From Candidatus Krumholzibacteriia bacterium (GTDB lineage Bacteria > Krumholzibacteriota > Krumholzibacteriia > WVZY01), in the NCBI GenBank assembly GCA_036478295.1, contig JAZGDW010000071.1, forward strand, positions 1-18,471: DNA of 18,471 nt, read 5' to 3'. Below, one piece after another: positions 9,567 through 16,293 of this stretch; position 1 is the stretch's first letter; each line of letters opens with the position of its first letter. A program made the translations under genes and the position numbers. A model generated the notes under the pieces. It made no database searches and was not told where the DNA came from. It was given only the letters and a program-made list of their open reading frames with translations.

Positions 9567-10838
9567 ATGATCGTTCCGTCCTCGAGCCCACCTCGCGTCC
9601 AAAAGTACAAGGGCGCAAACGGCATTACCATCTTACAGCAGGACAACCCCGGTTCGAGGGCGTTCTGCATGGGTGTGTGGGTCAATACCGGCTCCAGGGA
9701 TGAGAAACCGGGAGAGGAAGGCCTCTGCCACTTCCTGGAACACACCGTGTTCAAGGGCACCCGGAACCGTTCCGCGTTTGAAATCTCACAAGCCATCGAA
9801 AAGGTGGGAGGCGCGCTCGAAGCGTTTACCACCAAGGAACAGATCTGCGTCTACACGCAGGTCCTCGACGAGCACAAGGCATTGGCGGCCGAAGTCCTGG
9901 GCGACATGATCCTCCATTCGACCTATCCCGCAGAACAAATCGCGTTGGAAAAAAAGGTGGTGCTCGAGGAAATCCGTGACGTCATGGATGCTCCCGACGA
10001 TTTGATTCACGAGCTCTTCGCGCGGGAGATATATCCTGGTCATCCGCTAGGCCGGCCGATCCTGGGGAGGGCGGAAACCGTTTCACGGTTTGGTCGCTCG
10101 AAACTGCTTCGCTTCGCCGCGAAGCAATTCCGGGCGGATAATATGGTGATCTCCGTGGTGGGAAACATCGGGAAACAGCCCCTTATGCAATTATGTGATT
10201 GGGCATTCCGCCTGCCGACGGGCGGCGGGAACCGCAGGACCCCGAGACTTCGCAAGTACAGGCCGGTCCGGAAACACCACCGGCGAAAACTTCATCACCA
10301 GCACATCTGTGTGGGCGCTCGGTCCTACTCGTACCTCGACGAGCGACGTTACTCGCTCATGGTTCTGACGACGCTACTGGGTGGGTCGATGAGTTCGCGC
10401 CTGTTCCAGCGCATCCGTGAGGAGTTGGGCTATACCTACTCCATATATACGTACGCCGACCCGGCGAGAGATTCCGGGCTGTTGGGGACCTATTTCGCGG
10501 TGAAGCCCGCGAATGTAGGAAAGGTGATCCGGGAGGTGCTTAGAGAATTCGACAAGATCAAAGCCGGAGAGGTGGGCGCCGATGAGTTGGAAGTTACGAA
10601 AGAGCAACTCAAGGGGCGCATCCTGCTCGGACTGGAGACATCGGCGTCGAAGATGATGCGGGTGGCGCAAAACGAAATCTGTTTCGGCCGCCAGATAAGC
10701 GAGCAAGAACTCATCGCGAACATCACCCGCGTGTCGATGGACGACCTCATCGAAACCGCCTCGGAAGTTCTTGATGTGGGCAATACGACGATCGTCAGCC
10801 TGGGGCCGTCCTCGGCCGGGCTCGGTGCGGGGGCTTAG
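9567..10838 (+). CDS. M16 (pitrilysin/insulinase) family zinc peptidase
   Basis: Inverted zinc motif HFLEH (GLCHFLEHTVFKGT), VVLEEI, HPLGRPILG, GSMSSRLFQRIREELG. The pnp-M16 adjacency is common. Exact start uncertain. Confidence 0.95.
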   Translation: MIVPSSSPPRVQKYKGANGITILQQDNPGSRAFCMGVWVNTGSRDEKPGEEGLCHFLEHTVFKGTRNRSAFEISQAIEKVGGALEAFTTKEQICVYTQVLDEHKALAAEVLGDMILHSTYPAEQIALEKKVVLEEIRDVMDAPDDLIHELFAREIYPGHPLGRPILGRAETVSRFGRSKLLRFAAKQFRADNMVISVVGNIGKQPLMQLCDWAFRLPTGGGNRRTPRLRKYRPVRKHHRRKLHHQHICVGARSYSYLDERRYSLMVLTTLLGGSMSSRLFQRIREELGYTYSIYTYADPARDSGLLGTYFAVKPANVGKVIREVLREFDKIKAGEVGADELEVTKEQLKGRILLGLETSASKMMRVAQNEICFGRQISEQELIANITRVSMDDLIETASEVLDVGNTTIVSLGPSSAGLGAGA

Positions 10839-11015
10839 CGAGGACCGCTTCGCTCGGCTGATCGTTTGGGGGGTGCCTGGCGGTGCGCCGGTGTTCTGTC
10901 TCCTGACCCGCGCTCCGCTTCGCTCGGCTACCCCGCTACGCGGGGTGATCCTCGCTCGCTCCCGCGACGGGTCCGTCAACAGCCCACCGGCGCACCGCCA
11001 CCTGTCCCCGCAACG
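10837..11015. repeat. Palindromic REP/MITE-like element A
   Basis: Perfect 16-bp inverted repeat TGGCGGTGCGCCGGTG (10878-10893) / CACCGGCGCACCGCCA (10985-11000). Inner GACCCG/CGGGTC, hairpin ACCCCGC-TAC-GCGGGGT (10930-10946), and 15-bp direct repeat CCGCTTCGCTCGGCT (10845, 10915). Confidence 0.8.
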
Positions 11016-11108
11016 GCTCCGTCAACAACCCAACAGCGCACCGCCACCTATACCCGAAACGGCCCCGTCACCAGACTCAACCGCGCGCCGCCCATGGACC
11101 CCGCGACG
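10961..11108. repeat. 3 degenerate 46-47-bp tandem repeats plus a partial fourth
   Basis: Units start at 10961, 11007, 11053 and (partial) 11100. Units 1 and 2 match at 39/46 positions. Each has ACGG-NN-CCGT and GCGC(A/G)CCGCC. Confidence 0.85.
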
Positions 11109-11109
11109 A

Positions 11110-11138
11110 GTGACTGACCACCAAAGATGTGCTATAAT
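11110..11138 (+). promoter_or_regulatory. Putative sigma70 promoter (extended -10) for the secreted-protein gene
   Basis: GTGACT (11110-11115), 17 bp, TATAAT (11133-11138) preceded by TGc; 32 nt upstream of ATG 11171. Confidence 0.75.
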
Positions 11139-11170
11139 TCCTGCGTTAGGTTCGGTTGGGGGAACCGATT

Positions 11171-11791
11171 ATGGAGCGGCATGTTGCATCCGCCGGCAGG
11201 AATTTGATCCCACGAAAGAAACTGCGCGTGGCCTTCTGCGGCCTCCGTTGTTTGAGGAAGGGCCTTCTCGCAGTACTGGGCTGCACGCTGGTCGCCACCA
11301 CAGCGACCGGGCAGATCAACGGCACGGTTAGCCTTTATTCGGAGTCTCTTTTCACAACTTCTGAGGCGGCGGATACCGCACCGGGGATTCTTACCGTCTA
11401 TGTTGTACATGACAATGCCCTACAACCCAACCATACAAGCGTCATGTTCATGGTGAACGGCGGCGGCGGGTTTACCGGGACATGGCTCGACGAAACATCC
11501 CAACACCCAGTTGTCGTCGGCTCGAGCCCGAGCGGGATAACGATCGCATATGGCACTTGTCTGACCGCACCACACCATGTGCTCACCACCCGATACGTTC
11601 TTTTCGGCACATCCGCTACCAACAGTTATTTGCAAGTTCTGGGGCATCCTGACGTGCCTGGGCATCAAATTCTCGTCTCTCTCTGTGTGGGCATGACGGC
11701 TACCGTCGCCGGTGGCACGCTGACGGTCAACCGAAGTGTTGTGCCCACGGAGGCCACGACATGGGGACGCATCAAAGCACTGTATCGGTGA
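11171..11791 (+). CDS. Hypothetical secreted beta-rich protein with C-terminal VPTEATTWGRIKALYR motif
   Basis: ATG after GGGGGAA and a strong promoter. Signal-peptide-like RKGLLAVLGCTLVATTATG-Q, Thr/Gly/Val-rich mature part, distinctive C-terminal peptide. The start could be a later codon. Confidence 0.85.
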   Translation: MERHVASAGRNLIPRKKLRVAFCGLRCLRKGLLAVLGCTLVATTATGQINGTVSLYSESLFTTSEAADTAPGILTVYVVHDNALQPNHTSVMFMVNGGGGFTGTWLDETSQHPVVVGSSPSGITIAYGTCLTAPHHVLTTRYVLFGTSATNSYLQVLGHPDVPGHQILVSLCVGMTATVAGGTLTVNRSVVPTEATTWGRIKALYR

Positions 11792-11807
11792 ATACACCCC
11801 CGCGACC

Positions 11808-11994
11808 TGCCCGCGTAGGCGCGACGGGATGGGGGTTCTCAGGCGAGTTTTGAGCACCGACAGTCAGTACTAATGAGCGAAATGCTGCAGAGCAGCGCGC
11901 AGGCGCGCTACTAAGTGTGTGCGAGCACGAGACCCGTGCGCCGAGGACTGTCTGAGCATGAGAACCCCCATCCCGTCGCGCCGACAGCGGCGCA
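11808..11994. repeat. Palindromic REP/MITE-like element B between convergent genes
   Basis: Perfect 24-bp inverted repeat GGCGCGACGGGATGGGGGTTCTCA (11818-11841) / TGAGAACCCCCATCCCGTCGCGCC (11959-11982). Inner GACAGTC/GACTGTC (11859-11865 / 11946-11952) and small internal hairpins. Confidence 0.9.
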
Positions 11995-12023
11995 CGATCT
12001 CGAGCATGTAGCCGGTTCTTCGA

Positions 12024-13133
12024 TCAGTCGAGGGGTAACTCGGAGAGCGGCAGGTCGAACGCCTCGGCCACACCGCGATGGGTCAACTTGCCGTCGTAGG
12101 TGTTGAAACCTTTGGCGAGCGCACGGTTGCGCCGCGCGGCTTCGAAGGGCTGCAGGTCGACCAGTTCCAGAAGATAGGGGAGCGTGGCGTTGGTCAGCGC
12201 CGCGGTGCTCGTGCCCGGTACTGCGCCGGGCATGTTCGCCACACAGTAATGGACGACGCCGTCGACGACGTAGGTTGGATTGTCGTGAGTCGTCGGCCGG
12301 CTGGTTTCGGCAATCCCTCCCTGATCGATGGACACATCCACGATAACCGATCCCTGTTTCATGCGGCTTAGGTGCCCGCGTTTGATGATCTTGGGGGCCT
12401 TGGCCCCGGGGAGGAGGATGGCACCGATAACGAGGTCCGCCCGCTCGAGCTCCGATTCGACATTGGCCTCGTTGCCGATCAGCGTGACGATCTGGCCGTG
12501 GTAGATGTCGTCCAGGTAGCGGAGCTTGTTGGGATCCCGGTCTATGACTACCACACGCGCCCCGATTCCGTTGGCAATGCGGACCGCGTTCTTGCCGACC
12601 GTTCCCGCCCCAAGCACGAGTACCCTTCCGGGAGACACGCCGCTAACCCCTGACAGGAGGATCCCCCGCCCGCCGTTGGGTGCTTCGAGCGACCAACTGC
12701 CCATCTGCACGGCTAGACGTCCCGCGACTTCGCTCATCGGGATCAAGAGCGGTAGCGATCCGTCCACAAGCTCGATGGTCTCGTAACCGATTCCTGTCAC
12801 GCGGCGTTCCAGGAGCACCTCAGTCAACTCTCGTGCCGCGGCGAGGTGCAGATAGGTGAACAGGGTAAGACCGTTTCGGAGAAAGCCGTATTCGCTCTTG
12901 AGCGGCTCCTTGACCTTGACGATGACCTCGGCCTTTTCCCACACTTCGTCCGGCGAAGCGAGTACCCTCGCCCCGGCCGATTCGTACCGCTGGTCGGGAA
13001 ACCCGCTGCCTTCTCCGGCCAAGGTTTCCACGAGCACTTCATGCCCGTGAATCCGCGCCGCTTTCACGCCTTCCGGCGTCATGGCGACGCGAGCTTCTTT
13101 TTCCTTTACCTCTCGTGGTACACCAATAATCAT
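12024..13133 (-). CDS. ald: Alanine dehydrogenase
   Basis: MIIGVPREVK...RVAMTP, VKVKEP, FTYLHLAA, PMSEVAGR, GAGTVG, DVSIDQGG, HYCVANMPGAVP; SD-like GGGGGAAG upstream. Confidence 0.98.
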   Translation of the reverse strand: MIIGVPREVKEKEARVAMTPEGVKAARIHGHEVLVETLAGEGSGFPDQRYESAGARVLASPDEVWEKAEVIVKVKEPLKSEYGFLRNGLTLFTYLHLAAARELTEVLLERRVTGIGYETIELVDGSLPLLIPMSEVAGRLAVQMGSWSLEAPNGGRGILLSGVSGVSPGRVLVLGAGTVGKNAVRIANGIGARVVVIDRDPNKLRYLDDIYHGQIVTLIGNEANVESELERADLVIGAILLPGAKAPKIIKRGHLSRMKQGSVIVDVSIDQGGIAETSRPTTHDNPTYVVDGVVHYCVANMPGAVPGTSTAALTNATLPYLLELVDLQPFEAARRNRALAKGFNTYDGKLTHRGVAEAFDLPLSELPLD

Positions 13134-13333
13134 GTCTTCCCCCGGGGCGGCGCCGAGCGCCCGTCAATCAATAGTCGAACAACCTTGAACGCTACCAGGT
13201 TTTGCGCGTACGATCAATCCCCATGTCCACCGCCGATGACGCCGCGCGTAGCAGAGAGCCGGTGTGGTATGGTTAGCCAAAGGGAGCCCCCAACGGCGAC
13301 CACGAGCATGGTCATGAATCGGAAGTCCGCAAG

Positions 13334-14206
13334 ATGATTTTTTTGAGCGCGGCCGCGATCCTGTTGATGGCGGTCTTTCTATTGTGGAAGACACGTTACG
13401 GCTATCCGCCCCGTGACGTACCGCAGATCCTTTGTTATCACAAATTGTCGGAGAAATTTTGCTTCGAAGGCACGTGGATGCCGCCACGGCGCTTTCTGCG
13501 GCAGATCGAGCGGCTGATCGCCGCCGGCTTCGAGTTTGTGGATGAAGACTTCATCCTGAACGCGCTCGGCCAACCGGCCTCCGCCTGCGGCCGCAAGATC
13601 CTCCTTACCTTCGACGACGGTTATGCGGAACTCTACGAAATGTGCCTGAGTCATTTGCTGCCGAGGCGTATTCCCGTCCTGATCTTTATTCCCAGCGAAT
13701 ACATTGGACAGAAGAACGACTGGGATCTGTCTCTGGGGAGGCGGCCGTTCGAACACCTCTCTCGCACGCAGATCGAAACCCTGGCCCGCTCCGGAGTAAG
13801 CTTCGGGTCGCACGGGGCCCGCCATCTGGACCTGACACGGCTCGGCGCAACCGAACTCGAGCGCGAGGTCGTCATGTCGAAGGCGACAATCGAGGAGATC
13901 ACCGGGGCGCCGGTGAAGAGTTTTTCCTATCCCTTCGGCCGTTACAATGAGCGGGTGAGAAGCGAGGTCAACCGGGCGGGCTACGAAGCAGCGTTCTCGC
14001 TCTACCCAAAGCACTGCAATGAAATCACGGACCGCTTCGCGCTGCGTCGCAACGGAGTCTACATAATAGACACGCCGTTCACCATCCGCTGCAAGCTCAT
14101 ACCGAATCCCGTGTACTGGTTCGAGGAAATGAAATGCCGGGCGATCAACGGCGTCGCCGCGCTGACGCCGCTGGTCAAGCGGTTTTCTGCGGGCCCGGGT
14201 AAATGA
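13334..14206 (+). CDS. Polysaccharide deacetylase (CE4/NodB family) with N-terminal membrane anchor
   Basis: ILCYH, LTFDDG, GSHGARH (HxxxH), FSYPFG motifs; hydrophobic N-terminus. Confidence 0.92.
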   Translation: MIFLSAAAILLMAVFLLWKTRYGYPPRDVPQILCYHKLSEKFCFEGTWMPPRRFLRQIERLIAAGFEFVDEDFILNALGQPASACGRKILLTFDDGYAELYEMCLSHLLPRRIPVLIFIPSEYIGQKNDWDLSLGRRPFEHLSRTQIETLARSGVSFGSHGARHLDLTRLGATELEREVVMSKATIEEITGAPVKSFSYPFGRYNERVRSEVNRAGYEAAFSLYPKHCNEITDRFALRRNGVYIIDTPFTIRCKLIPNPVYWFEEMKCRAINGVAALTPLVKRFSAGPGK

Positions 14207-15107
14207 TGCCGAAACGTTTCTTGTAGTAGAAGCGTGATAGCAACACGATGGGCGCGACGAGCAGGGCGTACGCCGGCCACGAGGCGACGGCGGCGACGGC
14301 GACCACCGCGGTGTTGACCTGGACGAGGATGGCACTCGTCTCACGGCCGGCCCGAACAATCGCGTACGCGTTCATCGGGGCCAGCACGCCGGTGATGATG
14401 AGTGCGGTGCCGTTGTGGGTGAGAATGGCGGCGATGACGGCCGACAGGTGTAGAACCGCCGCAAGCCGTCGCGACGCAACGCCACCGAGAAAAACTGCGG
14501 TGCTCGTCTTGCCGGTGTCCCGATCACCCTCCACGTCGAGTATGGCCGTGTGAAGAAAGGTCGCCGCGACGAGCAGAACGAAGGGTGAGGCGGCGGCGAC
14601 GGTATCGAGTACCGGTTGGTAGATGCCGTACCCGAGAATGTACGCCAGACCACCGTAGCCGGCGGCGTTGGCCAGCATGTCGACGAAGGGCCTCGCGCAG
14701 AGGCGAAGCGGCGGAAGCGAGTAGAACAGCGACAGAAGCAGCGCACCGAGGAGCAGCGCCCGCCGGGTGCCCTGCACCTGCTTGAAAAACGTCGATGCGA
14801 TCAAGAAAGACGCGATGGCGAGTATTATCAGGGTGCGGGCATGAAAGATGCGGCGTGCCAAATAAAAACACTTGTCATTTTTTTCGTCCGACTCACGGTC
14901 GAAGACCTGGTTCAGCAGGTACGCAGTAATGAGAATCGTGGTCAGCGACAGGAATACCGGCGGCGATGGAAATCCCATCGACCACCCGGCCTCCGGAGTC
15001 CTGCCCTGCGCGGCCCCGATCAAGTAAAAACTCCACGCCGGAATGAGGATAAGCGGCCTCAAGACGAACAAATAATCACACAGTCGCAGGATGGCGGTCG
15101 TGAGCAT
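14175..15107 (-). CDS. UbiA-family prenyltransferase
   Basis: Multi-TM protein with NQVFDRESD (NxxxDxxxD), YSLPPLRL, and second Asp motif DVEGDRDTGK. Confidence 0.88.
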   Translation of the reverse strand: MLTTAILRLCDYLFVLRPLILIPAWSFYLIGAAQGRTPEAGWSMGFPSPPVFLSLTTILITAYLLNQVFDRESDEKNDKCFYLARRIFHARTLIILAIASFLIASTFFKQVQGTRRALLLGALLLSLFYSLPPLRLCARPFVDMLANAAGYGGLAYILGYGIYQPVLDTVAAASPFVLLVAATFLHTAILDVEGDRDTGKTSTAVFLGGVASRRLAAVLHLSAVIAAILTHNGTALIITGVLAPMNAYAIVRAGRETSAILVQVNTAVVAVAAVASWPAYALLVAPIVLLSRFYYKKRFGIIYPGPQKTA

Positions 15108-15186
15108 GAACCAGGACAGACAATCATGTTAGCTAGTTAGCAGGCATCGACGGGTGGCCGCCGATGTTAAGCGGTGTGGCCACAGG

Positions 15187-16278
15187 TCACAGGAGCGTAT
15201 AGCGCGCCCCTCCAGCTGTCAAATGGTATCTGAAAGAATAGGCCTTCACCTCTTGCAGAAACGAGTCGCTGGCGAGTCCGGCGGATTTTAGATTGCGGAT
15301 TGCCGCCGGGTAGGTGTTGTACAGCGCCCGGTACGCCTCCAGTTTGATGCGGAGCTGCTCCCGGGCCCGGTTGCGGGAAACGGAGTTCTCCGCGGGAGAC
15401 GTGCCATGGGTCATGATGGCTCTTAGATGAGGCGCGCTCAGGTTCGCCCCCCAAGCGACGGCGAACAAGAACAACAGGATCGCACCCATCAAGGGCAGGG
15501 GATTGGCCCGCGTGCGGCGGACTTTTCTTATCTTCTTGTGCCGGCCTTTGACCTCCTCCAGTTCCCTGTCGTCGAGCGTTACCTTGATCAGCTTCTTGTC
15601 CTTGAGGTGCTTGAGAGCCTCGTAAGTTTCGAACCGTGGCATCTTGCCGTTGGCGATGAGATGACTGAGCGTTCGCTCCTGGGACAACAGTCCGCGGATC
15701 GTCTGCTCGTTGCGCGAGAGTTCCTCGTCCTTGTCCGGGGTGCCCGACTTGGCGATGCGGGTTCCCAGAGTGGGGAAGACTTTTAGCGTCTGGGGGAACT
15801 CATCGATGCGCCGCATGCTCTCCATGAGCAGGCCTTCGATGTTGAACTCCCCGAGATTGGTTATTCCTTCTATGATGTCGCGACCCGGAATGAACTTGTA
15901 ACTGCACTGTTCCCAGGTGAGGATCTCGTGAACTTCTTCCTGAATGTGGCTGCGGTAGACCACCTTCATCTCCTCTTCGCTGAGAAGTTTCTCGGAGACG
16001 ATGATCTCGGTGACGTCCAGTTTCGCCTGCGCGCCGAGCTGGGTGAGGCGGATCAGCTGTTCCCTGGAAAGAATCCCGTAACGGGTGAGGTAGTCCTTGA
16101 GTGGATCTTTTGTTTTTCTGCGCCGGTCGCGTGTGGAAATAATGTTCCCCTGACGGAAGAAAAGCACGCTCGTGCGATCCTCGTTGGTGATCGACAACAT
16201 GCCGGTCTTCTGCTGCACGGCGATGAGTTGGAGTATCTCCGAGAGTCCGAATGCTGTCAGGTTGCCTTCGAGTGACAT
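15187..16278 (-). CDS. DUF4388 (PatA-N-like) domain protein with a TM helix and a C-terminal pseudopilin-like segment
   Basis: N-terminus LEGNLTAFGLSEILQLIAVQQKTGMLSI...LFFRQGNI, then WEQCSYKF and LLMESMRRIDE; TM PLMGAILLFLFAVAWG; SD-like GGAG upstream. Confidence 0.85.
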   Translation of the reverse strand: MSLEGNLTAFGLSEILQLIAVQQKTGMLSITNEDRTSVLFFRQGNIISTRDRRRKTKDPLKDYLTRYGILSREQLIRLTQLGAQAKLDVTEIIVSEKLLSEEEMKVVYRSHIQEEVHEILTWEQCSYKFIPGRDIIEGITNLGEFNIEGLLMESMRRIDEFPQTLKVFPTLGTRIAKSGTPDKDEELSRNEQTIRGLLSQERTLSHLIANGKMPRFETYEALKHLKDKKLIKVTLDDRELEEVKGRHKKIRKVRRTRANPLPLMGAILLFLFAVAWGANLSAPHLRAIMTHGTSPAENSVSRNRAREQLRIKLEAYRALYNTYPAAIRNLKSAGLASDSFLQEVKAYSFRYHLTAGGARYTLL

Positions 16279-16293
16279 GGTTCGCTCCGGCCG

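Noticed and set aside
10961..11108. CRISPR array
   Set aside because: Units are similar along their whole length with no unique spacers, and no cas genes are present.
10771..11331. 186-aa and 83-aa ORFs spanning element A
   Set aside because: Pro/Arg-rich translations of repeat DNA that overlap real genes or the promoter.
11808..11994. Rho-independent terminator, tRNA or 6S RNA call for element B
   Set aside because: No U-tract on either side, no tRNA D/T-loop motifs, and a perfect 24-bp closing stem fits a DNA repeat better than 6S RNA.
11792..12023. Integron attC site after the cassette-like gene
   Set aside because: No RYYYAAC...GTTRRRY core pair bounding the hairpin and no integrase in the window.
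13214..13315. 33-aa minus-strand ORF (MTMLVVAVGGSLWL...) upstream of ald
   Set aside because: No SD, no recognisable motif and no Ala-rich attenuator signature.
13134..13333. 6S RNA-like words (ACCTTGAAC, GGGAGCCC) in the ald-deacetylase gap
   Set aside because: The motifs are not in the expected order and I could not form the long closing stem; a cmscan would settle it.
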